Positions 1 to 8,479 of a DNA stretch of 32,000 nucleotides are shown in pieces. Each line of letters opens with the position of its first letter. Position 1 is the first letter of the stretch. This stretch comes from an uncultured Bacilli bacterium. GTDB taxonomy: Bacteria > Bacillota_I > Bacilli_A > RF39 > UBA660. Below the pieces are notes generated by a model. That model worked only from the letters and a program-made list of their open reading frames with translations, was not told where the DNA came from and searched no databases. The translations under genes were made by a program, and so were the position numbers. Location: positions 126,888 to 158,887 of the forward strand of contig CAJTWC010000002.1 in the NCBI GenBank assembly GCA_910580185.1. Direction: 5' to 3'.

Positions 1-129
1 GTTTTTAGTATCATAAAATAGCTCAACGCGAAATTTGTCGAAATTTGATGTTCGAAAAGCGTTGAAAAAAGAGGTTTACATGATTTATAGTAGAAGTGTA
101 AGCAATAAGGGAAGTGAGGTGTATGTGTG

Positions 130-354
130 ATGCTAAAAACGGGTAGAATCAAATGGTTCAATAATGAAAAAGGCTATGGCTTCATTGAAGGCGCAAACGA
201 TGAAGATATCTTTGTTCATTATTCTGCCATTAAGCAAGAGGGATACAAGTCTCTTGCGGAAGGACAAGTAGTTGAGTATGAACTTTTAGAAACGGAAAAA
301 GGATTACAAGCTATAAATGTCAAAGAAGTATCAAATGCTACTGTTCATGAGTAG
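130..354 (+). CDS. Cold-shock protein (CspA/CspB family, single cold-shock domain)
   Basis: ORF track 127..354. Translation has the RNP1-like KGYGFI and RNP2-like IFVHYS motifs. The track start is GTG 127, but ATG 130 lies about 10 nt after GTGAGGTG (114-121), so 130 is preferred. Confidence 0.9.
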   Translation: MLKTGRIKWFNNEKGYGFIEGANDEDIFVHYSAIKQEGYKSLAEGQVVEYELLETEKGLQAINVKEVSNATVHE

Positions 355-403
355 CATTTGTTTTTGTATTATGATATAATTTAGTTATAGGAGGATTGAT
401 AAA

Positions 404-934
404 ATGAAGTACAACATTCGTGGTGAAAAAGTAGAAATAACATCTGCTATAAGATCTTATATTGAGGAGAAAATAGGAAAGCTAGATAAGTATTTCGATG
501 ATGCATCAGATATAACTGCAAGTGTGGTAATAAAGGTTCGCGGAAATGAACAAAAAATAGAGATAACAGTACCAGCTATGCGTTATACTTTAAGAAGTGA
601 AGAAGCTCATTCTGATTTATATGCTGCAATTGACCTTACGGTAGATAAATTAGAAAGACAAATAAGAAAAAACAAGACTAAGATCAATTCTAAAATTAAA
701 CATAATATGATTCAAAACTTTGAAGTTACTTTAGAAGATGAATATGAAAACGATGATTCTATAGTATTAAAAAGAAAAAAAGTTGATATGAAGCCAATGG
801 ATGAAGAAGAAGCAATTCTTCAAATGGAAATGTTAGGGCACTCATTCTTTGTTTTTAAAAACGTAGATACTGATTCAATTTGCGTTTTATATATAAGAAA
901 AGATGGAAACTATGGAATTATAGAAACAAAATAG
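404..934 (+). CDS. hpf: Ribosome hibernation promoting factor, long form (YvyD/HPF)
   Basis: 176 aa with an N-terminal S30AE-type domain (MKYNIRGEKVEITSAIRSYIEEK) and the long-HPF C-terminal dimerisation domain (EEAILQMEMLGHSFFVFKN). AGGAGG at 389-394. Sits upstream of secA, as in Bacillus. Confidence 0.9.
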   Translation: MKYNIRGEKVEITSAIRSYIEEKIGKLDKYFDDASDITASVVIKVRGNEQKIEITVPAMRYTLRSEEAHSDLYAAIDLTVDKLERQIRKNKTKINSKIKHNMIQNFEVTLEDEYENDDSIVLKRKKVDMKPMDEEEAILQMEMLGHSFFVFKNVDTDSICVLYIRKDGNYGIIETK

Positions 935-947
935 TAATAAACTTAAT

Positions 948-986
948 GGAAAGTAATTAAATCTCTTTAATTATTTTCTTTTTTTT
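948..986 (+). terminator. Intrinsic terminator after hpf
   Basis: GGAAAGTAATTAAA / TTTAATTATTTTC stem (one G:T pair), loop TCTC, followed by a T8 run. Confidence 0.75.
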
Positions 987-1018
987 GCTACAATATTCTT
1001 TAAGGAGATGATTCAAAA

Positions 1019-3517
1019 ATGCTAGGTTTTTTAAAGAAATTATTTGATCACGGAGAAATAGAATTAAAAAAATTTAGATTAATAGCAAATGAAGTATTTG
1101 CATTAGAAGATAAATATTCAAAAATGACAGATAAAGGTTTACAAAGCTGTACGAAAAAATTAAAGAAAAGATTAGAAAATGGAGAAACATTGGAAGAATT
1201 AATTCCAGATGCTTTTGCGGTAGTTAGGGAAGCTGCATATAGAGTAATTGGTGAAAAGCCTTTTTATACACAAGTATTAGGAGCCCTTTCAATTCATTTT
1301 GGTAATATATCTGAAATGAAAACTGGAGAAGGTAAAACGCTTACTTGCGTTATGCCAGCTTATTTAAATGCATTAACCGGAAAAGGTGTTCACGTAGTAA
1401 CAGTAAATGAATACTTAGCAACTCGTGACGCAGAGTGGATGGGAAAAATTTATGCCTTTTTAGGAATGACGGTTGCTGTTAACTTAAGAGATATGTCGCC
1501 AAAAGAAAAGAAAGAAGCATATGAAGCTGACATTTTATATTCAACTAATAATGAATTAGGATTTGATTATTTAAGGGATAATATGGTTGTTAATGCTGAA
1601 AATAGAGTTCAAAGACCACTTCACTTTGCGATAATAGACGAAGTGGATTCAGTGTTAATAGATGAGGCAAGAACACCATTAATTATATCTGGTGGGGTTA
1701 TGAAGTCGGCTAACCTTTATAAAGACTCAGATAGATTTGTCAAGACATTAAAAGAAAATGAAGATTATACTATTGATGAAAAAACTAGAGATATAACTTT
1801 AACCGATCAAGGTACTTCTAAAGGAGAAAAACATTTTAGAATTGGAAACCTTTATGATATAGAACATTCTGCGCTAGTTCATCATATAAACCAAGCCTTA
1901 AAGGCTAATTATACAATGCATAATGATGTTGATTACGTAGTGCAAGAAGGAAGAATAGTAATAGTTGACCAATTTACTGGAAGACTTATGCCAGGTAGAG
2001 CATTTTCTGATGGACTCCATCAGGCTATAGAAGCAAAAGAAAATGTAGAGATAGAAGAAGAAACTAAAACCCTTGCAACAATTACATTCCAAAATTATTT
2101 TAGAATGTATGAAAAACTATCTGGTATGACTGGTACCGCTAAAACAGAAGAAGAAGAATTCAGAAATATTTATAATATGTTTGTTATAGAAATACCAACA
2201 AACTTACCAGTAATAAGAGAAGATGCTGCAGATTTAATATATTCGACTAAAGATGAAAAATATAAAGCAATAGTTGCTGAAATTAAAAGAAGGCACGAAA
2301 CAGGACAACCAGTATTAGTTGGTACTATAGCAATTGAAACAAGTGAGATAATATCTAATTTATTAAAAAAAGCTAAGGTAAAACATGAGATATTAAATGC
2401 TAAAAACCATGCTAGAGAAGCTGAAATAATAGCTAAAGCAGGTGAAAAAGACTCCGTTACAATAGCAACTAATATGGCAGGACGTGGTACTGATATTAAA
2501 CTTGGTGAAGGTGTAAAAGAACTTGGCGGACTTTGTGTAATAGGTACTGAAAGGCATGAATCAAGGCGTATTGATAATCAGCTTAGAGGTCGTTCTGGTC
2601 GTCAAGGAGATCCAGGGTTTAGCCAATTTTTTGTATCTTTTGAAGATGATTTAATGGTAAGATTTGGAACTGATAGATTTAAAGCTATACTTGAAATGGC
2701 TGGGTTAGATAGTGAAAGAAACATGAGAAGTAAAACAATCACGCGTTCTGTTGAAACTGCTCAAAAAAGAGTTGAAGGAAATAACTTTGATGCTCGTAAA
2801 CATTTATTACAGTATGATGATGTTATGGGAAAACATCGTGAAATAATGTATGCAAGAAGAAATGAAATCCTAGATAATGAAGATATTCATGAAACTGTTT
2901 TAAATACTATAAAAGAACATATAGAATCAGTAATAAGAAGACACGCAAATGAGCATGGTATTATTATAGAATCGGATTGTAATGAAATTATTGAATATGT
3001 AAATGAAAATCTATTAAACAAGTCAAATTTAAAATTATCAGAAATCTTAAATAAAGATATATTAGAAATAATAAATACTATTCAAAATAAAGTAATAAAA
3101 GAGTATGAAGATAAAATTAATGCTCTTCCAATAGAAATAAGAAACGATTTTGAAAAAGCTATAAGTCTACAAGTAATTGATAATTATTGGATGGAGCATA
3201 TTAACATAATGGATCATTTAAGAGAGGGTGTATCTTTAAGGGGATATGCTAACGAAGATCCGCTTCAAGCTTACATAAGAGAAGGCTTTGAAATGTTTGA
3301 CAATATGCTTGATAGAATAAGTAAGGATATTACTTTATATTTATTAAAAGCCGAAGTAAGACAAAACTTAGAAGCAAAGGAAGTAAAAGGTAGTGCTAAT
3401 TCAGGTTCTGAAAAAGTATCAAAGTCAAGAACTGTTAAGAAAGATAAGAAAATTGGGCGCAATTCAAAGTGCCCTTGCGGCTCGGGCCTTAAGTATAAAC
3501 AATGCTGTGGTAGATAG
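1019..3517 (+). CDS. secA: Preprotein translocase ATPase SecA
   Basis: 832 aa with the Walker A-like MKTGEGKTL, DEAD-like IIDEVDSVLIDEARTPLIISG and TNMAGRGTDIKLG motifs, plus the C-terminal zinc-binding SEC-C tail CPCGSGLKYKQCCGR. Confidence 0.98.
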   Translation: MLGFLKKLFDHGEIELKKFRLIANEVFALEDKYSKMTDKGLQSCTKKLKKRLENGETLEELIPDAFAVVREAAYRVIGEKPFYTQVLGALSIHFGNISEMKTGEGKTLTCVMPAYLNALTGKGVHVVTVNEYLATRDAEWMGKIYAFLGMTVAVNLRDMSPKEKKEAYEADILYSTNNELGFDYLRDNMVVNAENRVQRPLHFAIIDEVDSVLIDEARTPLIISGGVMKSANLYKDSDRFVKTLKENEDYTIDEKTRDITLTDQGTSKGEKHFRIGNLYDIEHSALVHHINQALKANYTMHNDVDYVVQEGRIVIVDQFTGRLMPGRAFSDGLHQAIEAKENVEIEEETKTLATITFQNYFRMYEKLSGMTGTAKTEEEEFRNIYNMFVIEIPTNLPVIREDAADLIYSTKDEKYKAIVAEIKRRHETGQPVLVGTIAIETSEIISNLLKKAKVKHEILNAKNHAREAEIIAKAGEKDSVTIATNMAGRGTDIKLGEGVKELGGLCVIGTERHESRRIDNQLRGRSGRQGDPGFSQFFVSFEDDLMVRFGTDRFKAILEMAGLDSERNMRSKTITRSVETAQKRVEGNNFDARKHLLQYDDVMGKHREIMYARRNEILDNEDIHETVLNTIKEHIESVIRRHANEHGIIIESDCNEIIEYVNENLLNKSNLKLSEILNKDILEIINTIQNKVIKEYEDKINALPIEIRNDFEKAISLQVIDNYWMEHINIMDHLREGVSLRGYANEDPLQAYIREGFEMFDNMLDRISKDITLYLLKAEVRQNLEAKEVKGSANSGSEKVSKSRTVKKDKKIGRNSKCPCGSGLKYKQCCGR

Positions 3518-3598
3518 TCTCATTTACCCTTATAAATAAAGGGTTTACGGGATTTTTCTTTATTATAATTTTTAGGTAATTTTGTATCCAAAAAGGCG

Positions 3599-3613
3599 TT
3601 TAGATAAGTTTTT
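3599..3613 (+). repeat. Left copy of 15-nt direct repeat TTTAGATAAGTTTTT flanking the two-gene cassette
   Basis: Exact 15-mer found again at 4815..4829. Confidence 0.7.
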
Positions 3614-3671
3614 TTAGCTCAAATGAGCCTTAAAATGGAGTGTTATGGTATAATTAAAAAGGAGTGACAAT

Positions 3672-4247
3672 ATGAAAGAAATTTTAAAAGAAATAACAAC
3701 TTCGGATTGGATTCAAATAATCATTGCATTTATAACATTCTTAGGTATTATTGTATCTATTGTTATTACAGTGGTAACAATTAGGAAAAATAGTAAAATA
3801 ATAAAAGAATCAAATAGAGCACAAATTATATTTTATATCGATTACAACCCTGCTTGTGATATGTATTTTTTAATTATAAAAAACTTCGGAAAAAGTATAG
3901 GAAAATTATTAAAACTGCAGATAACTCCAAAATTAGATTGGCAGAAGACAAAATTTAAACAAGATATGGTTCCTTTAACTGAAGCAACTGATATTTTATT
4001 AGCACCTAAACAAAAAGTAAGTTCTTGGTTTGATTTCAAGAAATATCCAGACAAGGTATTTGATGTCATAATAGAATATGAAACATTGAATGAAGTATAT
4101 AAAGATAATTATAAAATTGATTTAAATTATATAAGTAATATTGACTGGCTCACACCTTATGCCTTAGATGATTACAGTAAGGATAATAAAGCTGTATTAT
4201 ATAAAATAAATAATAGTATACGAGATTTGACAGATAAATTTAGATAG
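3672..4247 (+). CDS. Hypothetical single-pass membrane protein (N-terminal TM helix, unknown C-terminal domain)
   Basis: 191-aa ORF with GGAG RBS at 3660-3663 and a hydrophobic stretch WIQIIIAFITFLGIIVSIVITVVTI. I recognise no family motif. Confidence 0.7.
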   Translation: MKEILKEITTSDWIQIIIAFITFLGIIVSIVITVVTIRKNSKIIKESNRAQIIFYIDYNPACDMYFLIIKNFGKSIGKLLKLQITPKLDWQKTKFKQDMVPLTEATDILLAPKQKVSSWFDFKKYPDKVFDVIIEYETLNEVYKDNYKIDLNYISNIDWLTPYALDDYSKDNKAVLYKINNSIRDLTDKFR

Positions 4248-4262
4248 TTAGGAGTTGAAAAT

Positions 4263-4805
4263 ATGAATAAAGATTTAATAATTGAAACTGAAAGATTAAT
4301 ACTAAGACAATATAAATTGGAAGATGTTAATGATATTGTTGAAGGATTAAATAATTTAAATGTAACTAAATGGTTACAAGGAGCTCCATATCCATATACT
4401 GCAGAAGATGCATTACATTTTATAAATAAATCACTAGATAATAATTTATATAATTTTGCTATTGTTTTGAAAAGCGAAAATAAAGTAATAGGTGGAACTC
4501 AATTAACTAATATAGATTTGCACAACGGAACAGCCGGAGGTGGAATTTGGATTAGTGAAAAGTATTGGGGAAGAGGATATGGTTCAGAAGCATTTGGAGC
4601 TAGGATCAAATATGCATTTGAAGTTTTAGGATTAAGAAGATTAGAAAATGGTTATTTTAAAGAAAATGAAAAATCGCATAAAATGCAACTAAGATTTGGT
4701 TATAAAGATGAAGGCATTAGAAGACAAAAATTTGTATCAAGGGGATCTGGAAAAATTGAAGATGAGTATATTACGGGATTATTAAAAGATGAATGGATAA
4801 AATAA
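4263..4805 (+). CDS. GNAT family N-acetyltransferase (RimJ/RimL-like)
   Basis: 180 aa with the N-terminal IETERLILRQYKLEDVNDI typical of the RimJ/RimL-type GNAT subfamily, and an acetyl-CoA loop-like WGRGYGSEA. Starts 16 nt after the preceding stop; RBS GGAG at 4251-4254. Confidence 0.85.
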   Translation: MNKDLIIETERLILRQYKLEDVNDIVEGLNNLNVTKWLQGAPYPYTAEDALHFINKSLDNNLYNFAIVLKSENKVIGGTQLTNIDLHNGTAGGGIWISEKYWGRGYGSEAFGARIKYAFEVLGLRRLENGYFKENEKSHKMQLRFGYKDEGIRRQKFVSRGSGKIEDEYITGLLKDEWIK

Positions 4806-4814
4806 ATAGATTTT

Positions 4815-4838
4815 TTTAGATAAGTTTTTAGATAAGTT
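4815..4838 (+). repeat. Right copy of TTTAGATAAGTTTTT plus an overlapping partial tandem copy
   Basis: 4815..4829 is identical to 3599..3613. TTTAGATAAGTT recurs at 4827..4838 (12-nt period). Confidence 0.7.
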
Positions 4839-4937
4839 GTACGAAAAAACTTACAATAATTGAATAAAAAATTATAAATTTGAAATAAAAAATACCGATT
4901 TAAAAGGAAAAAATTACTCGATTGTTTTAATATTTTA

Positions 4938-4982
4938 CCTTGTGGCTCGGGCCTTAAGTATAAACAATGCTGTGGAAAGTAA
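4938..4982 (+). pseudogene. Displaced copy of the secA 3' tail (PCGSGLKYKQCCGK*), not part of an ORF
   Basis: 40 of 45 nt identical to secA 3473..3517 by hand alignment, including a 32-nt perfect run. It has its own TAA stop. The frame is closed upstream by TGA at 4881 with no ATG between. Confidence 0.8.
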
Positions 4983-5131
4983 CAAAAAATAAGGGTAAAA
5001 TCAAAATAATAATTGATAATTTGTTCGAGTTTTATAACTTGTCTACAAAATATTAAAAATATATAGTAAAATAAAGGTGTGAACAAGAAATAATGTGTTG
5101 ACACCTTTTAAATTTAAAAAGGAGGTTTTTA

Positions 5132-5554
5132 ATGGAAGAAAAAAATAATATAGTAATATATCAATTAAATGATGGTAAGACAAAAATAGATGTAAAACTT
5201 GAGGATGAAACGGTATGGTTATAGCAATAGCAAATGGCTGAATTATTTTCTACATCTAGAACTAATATTATTGAACATATAAATAATATTTATGCTGAAG
5301 AAGAACTTGATAAGAATTCAACATGTCAAAATTTCCGACAAGTTCGAAAAGAAGATAATAGAACAGTAAATAGAGAAATTCCATATTATAATCTAGATAT
5401 GATTATCTCCTTAGGCTATAGAATAAGATCTAAAGTTGCTACAAATTTTAGAAGATGGGCAACGGAAAGATTAAAGGAATATATGATTAAAGGTTTCACT
5501 ATGGATGATGAAAGACTTAAAGGTAATGGCGCGGGCATTGTCTTTAGTAGATAA
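5132..5554 (+). pseudogene. RhuM-family virulence-associated protein, decayed (two in-frame TAG stops and C-terminal truncation)
   Basis: ATG 5132 after AAGGAGG gives MEEKNNIVIYQLNDGKTKIDVKLEDETVWL, then TAG (5222), CAA, TAG (5228), CAA, then the track ORF 5234..5554 (MAELF...YYNLDMIISLGYRIRSKVATNFRRWATERLKEY) in the same frame. This matches my memory of the RhuM N-terminal half. Total length is about 140 aa, against roughly 300+ aa as I recall intact RhuM proteins. Confidence 0.75.
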
Positions 5555-5656
5555 AACATTTATAGTAAAGCTAATACCAATAATACTGATACTAAATGAA
5601 ATATAGATAATACTATAAATACTAATAATGTTAATAATATAGGAGTATTTATTTCA

Positions 5657-5698
5657 TACGATTCAGGTCTTAAATATTAAAAATGCTGTGGAAAATAA
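5657..5698 (+). repeat. Third, degenerate copy of the secA 3' tail (YDSGLKY*KCCGK*)
   Basis: TAC GAT TCA GGT CTT AAA TAT TAA AAA TGC TGT GGA AAA TAA. About 32 of 42 nt match copy 2. Followed by a hairpin plus T-run at 5680..5713. Confidence 0.6.
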
Positions 5699-5744
5699 TC
5701 CCAGCATTTTTTTATATTTTGACATTTTATTAGTATATGATTTG

Positions 5745-5753
5745 TGTTATAAT
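5745..5753 (+). promoter_or_regulatory. Extended -10 element (TGTTATAAT) upstream of prfB
   Basis: Matches TGnTATAAT, 18 nt upstream of the prfB ATG. TTGACA at 5719-5724 is 23 nt away, too far to serve as a standard -35. Confidence 0.45.
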
Positions 5754-5770
5754 TAAAAATAGGTGATACT

Positions 5771-6866
5771 ATGTTAGAATTAAGAGAATATATTATCGAA
5801 GTAGATAACCTTAGTGACAGATTTAATACTGTATGGAGGGGACTTTGACGCAGAAAAATTAACCAAAGATATAAAAGATATAGAAGTTAAAATGTCAGCC
5901 TCCGATTTTTGGAATGATCAAGAAAATGCAAATGAAGTATTAAATGATTTAAAATCTAAAAAAGCTATGTTAGAGCCTGTTATGGGTATGAAAAATAACA
6001 TTGATGGTTTAAAAACATATATAGAGTTAATGCAAAATGGTATAGATGATGAGTTAGGAGATTTTGAAGATTTATTATCGAAAACAAAAAAGGATATGGA
6101 GTCATTAGAAACCCTTGCTTATTTAAACAAAGAGTTTGATGCTAATAATACAATATTTGAAATACATGCAGGAGCAGGTGGAACCGAAAGCTGTGATTGG
6201 GCAGATATGTTATCTAGAATGTATACAAAATACTTTTCCAAAAAAGGATATTCATATGAAATTTTGGATGAAACACCTGGTGATGAGGTAGGAATAAAAA
6301 CTATAGTTTATCTAGTAAAAGGCAGTTATGCTTATGGGTATCTAAAAAATGAAAAGGGTGTTCACAGATTAGTTAGATTATCTCCTTTTGACTCTAATAA
6401 CAGAAGACATACTTCTTTTGCAGCAGTGGATGTTACACCAGAATTTGATAATGATGCTAACGTAGAAATAAAAGATAATGATGTAAGAATAGATGTATAT
6501 CGTAGTAGTGGTGCTGGTGGCCAAGGGGTAAACACAACGGACAGCGCTGTTAGAGTTACTCATATACCAACTGGAATAGTTGTTACTTGTCAAAATGAAA
6601 GAAGTCAAATAAAAAACAAAGAAACTGCATTAAAAGTTTTAAAAAGTAAACTTTATCAAATGAAACTTAGGGAAAATAAAGAGCAAATAGATTCTATGAA
6701 AAAAGATCATAATGAAATAGAATTTGGTTCACAAATAAGAAGTTATGTAATGCACCCATATTCAATGGTAAAAGACCATAGAACTGGTTATGAAACTTCT
6801 AATGTTAGTAAAGTAATGGATGGATATATAGATGAATTCATAGAAAAGAGTTTGAAAGGAGAATAA
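5771..6866 (+). CDS. prfB: Peptide chain release factor 2, expressed via +1 programmed frameshift
   Basis: Frame 0 from ATG 5771 gives MLELREYIIEVDNLSDRFNTVWRGL, then TGA at 5846. The +1 frame (track ORF 5814..6866) continues DAEKL... and contains SPF (RLSPFDS) and GGQ (SGAGGQGVNTTDSAVR). Confidence 0.95.
5835..5849 (+). promoter_or_regulatory. RF2 autoregulatory frameshift site: internal SD-like GGAGGGG, then CTT TGA C
   Basis: GGAGGGG at 5835-5841, CTT 5843-5845, TGA 5846-5848, C 5849. This is the canonical CUU UGA C slippery/stop context. Confidence 0.9.
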
Positions 6867-6867
6867 A

Positions 6868-7794
6868 ATGAGGCTATTTAAAAATTTTAAGAATAAAGAG
6901 CAGTACAAAATACTTAAATTAGTTAATAAAGCTCACCTATTAAGAAGATATATTTTTCTATTATTAGGGACTTTAATATACGCCATAGCATATAATTTAT
7001 TTTTCTATAAAAATAATATTGTATATGGTGGGGCTAGTGGTATTTCTATTTTGACTAAAAATCTAATAGATCCATCGATAATGATTTTGATATTAAACGT
7101 ATTTTTCCTTATATTAAGTTTGATATTTTTGGGAAAAAGAAAAACAATAGATTCGTTAGTTGGTTCAGTACTATTTCCAGTTTTAGTAAAGTTAACTGCG
7201 GATATAGGTAATTATATAGCAATTGATAATAGTGATTTACTATTAATTACTATTATTGGTGGCGTTTGCGTAGGATTCGCATCAGGTATTGTTTTTAGAA
7301 GTGGATTTACAACTGGAGGTACTGACATAATTAATCAAATTGTTGCTAAATATTTTAAAGTATCTATGGGGACCGCTGTTTTAATAACTGATGGTGTAAT
7401 AGTATTAGCAGGCGGTTTTATATTTGGATGGACAAGAGTTTTATATGCCATGATAGTTTTATATATAATAAATATTATGGTTGATAAAGTTATGCTTGGC
7501 ATTTCTAATAATAAAGCTGTATATATAACAACTGATAAGGATGATGATGTTATAGATTATTTATTAAATGAATTAAAACTTGGAATAACACTAATAAATA
7601 CCAGGGGTGGTTATACAAATAAGAAAGATCAAATGATAATGTGCGTTGTTCCAACAGGTGATTATTTTAAAGTTAGCGAAGGAATAGAACACATTGATTC
7701 AAAAGCAGTAATATTAGTAACAGATGCTTATCAAACATCTGGGACATATAAGGGAAATAGTAGTGAAGGAAGTGATATTAGTGGAATTTATTAA
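6868..7794 (+). CDS. YitT family membrane protein (DUF2179-type C-terminal domain)
   Basis: 308 aa, polytopic, with GGASGISIL and GFTTGGTDI motifs and a soluble C-terminal domain (TRGGYTNKKDQMIMCVV). The ATG is 2 nt after the prfB stop. Confidence 0.8.
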   Translation: MRLFKNFKNKEQYKILKLVNKAHLLRRYIFLLLGTLIYAIAYNLFFYKNNIVYGGASGISILTKNLIDPSIMILILNVFFLILSLIFLGKRKTIDSLVGSVLFPVLVKLTADIGNYIAIDNSDLLLITIIGGVCVGFASGIVFRSGFTTGGTDIINQIVAKYFKVSMGTAVLITDGVIVLAGGFIFGWTRVLYAMIVLYIINIMVDKVMLGISNNKAVYITTDKDDDVIDYLLNELKLGITLINTRGGYTNKKDQMIMCVVPTGDYFKVSEGIEHIDSKAVILVTDAYQTSGTYKGNSSEGSDISGIY

Positions 7795-8479
7795 GTTTAG
7801 GAATGTTGAAAAAACTTATAAAAATGGTGTTAACGCAGTATACAATATGAATTTAGACATAAAAAAAGGAGAATTTGTATTTGTAATAGGAGCTTCTGGC
7901 TCTGGAAAATCAACACTTATTAAAATGTTGTACAGAGAAGAAAGACCGACTAGTGGTGAAATATATCTTGGTGGAATAAACGTGGCAAAAGTAAAAAATA
8001 ATAAGGTTTATAAACTAAGAAGAAAAATAGGAATAGTGTTTCAGGATTTTAAACTACTGCCAAAGTTAACAGCATATGAAAACGTTGCTTTTGCACTTGA
8101 AATATATGGATTACCAGCATCTGAGATAAAAAGGAAAGTATTAAAAGCTTTGGATTTAGTTGGTTTAAAATCAAGAACTAAAAGTTATCCAGACCAGTTA
8201 TCAGGTGGGGAGCAACAGCGTGTTGCTCTAGCTCGTGCAATAGTAAACTCTCCAAAATTACTTATTTGTGATGAGCCAACTGGTAATTTAGATCCAGACA
8301 CTAGCTTAGAAGTAATGAAAGTAATTGAAAAGATTAACGATTTAGGTACCACTGTTGTAATGGCTACTCATGATAGAGAAATGGTTAATAAAATGAAAAA
8401 AAGAGTTATTCTTTTAGATAATGGTAAATTAGCGAAGGATTATGAGAAAGGAAGTTATAAAAATCATGAAGTGGTTTAG
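7781..8479 (+). CDS. ftsE: Cell-division ABC transporter ATP-binding protein FtsE
   Basis: Walker [10 protein letters not shown], signature LSGGEQQRV, Walker [13 protein letters not shown]. The track ORF begins at 7724 inside yitT. GTG 7781 ([13 protein letters not shown]) after GAAGGAAG (7765-7772) fits the usual FtsE N-terminus. Confidence 0.9.
   Translation: MEFIKFRNVEKTYKNGVNAVYNMNLDIKKGEFVFVIGASGSGKSTLIKMLYREERPTSGEIYLGGINVAKVKNNKVYKLRRKIGIVFQDFKLLPKLTAYENVAFALEIYGLPASEIKRKVLKALDLVGLKSRTKSYPDQLSGGEQQRVALARAIVNSPKLLICDEPTGNLDPDTSLEVMKVIEKINDLGTTVVMATHDREMVNKMKKRVILLDNGKLAKDYEKGSYKNHEVV

Noticed and set aside
1898-3462. Minus-strand ORFs 1898..2092 and 3271..3462 inside secA
   Set aside because: They are antisense to a clearly real, conserved gene. 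Their composition is low-complexity (F/L/I/S/Y-rich), as expected from reading AT-rich coding DNA backwards, and they have no RBS.
3842-5104. Minus-strand ORFs 3842..4069 and 4700..5104
   Set aside because: The first is antisense to the cassette gene. The second spans the GNAT 3' end, the direct repeats and the secA-tail copy. Its translation is low-complexity with no SD. The + strand features explain the region better.
5222-5230. The two TAG codons in rhuM as programmed readthrough or pyrrolysine recoding
   Set aside because: Nothing in the window suggests Pyl machinery. The gene is also 3'-truncated and sits in an eroded island. Ordinary pseudogenisation is the simpler explanation.
5566-5656. 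Short AATACT/ATAAT-rich repeats after the rhuM remnant
   Set aside because: The repeats are imperfect with no fixed period. In frame with secA-tail copy 3 they read as an N/T/I-rich stretch. This is most likely decayed coding or low-complexity AT-rich DNA rather than a functional array.
7724-7780. Upstream-extended starts from the ORF track (ftsE 7724, ftsX 8442, pepT 14707, yvlD-like 25899, XRE 27811, csp 127)
   Set aside because: Each extension lacks a properly spaced SD and adds residues not seen in the family N-termini I know. Internal ATG/GTG starts with SD sequences fit better.
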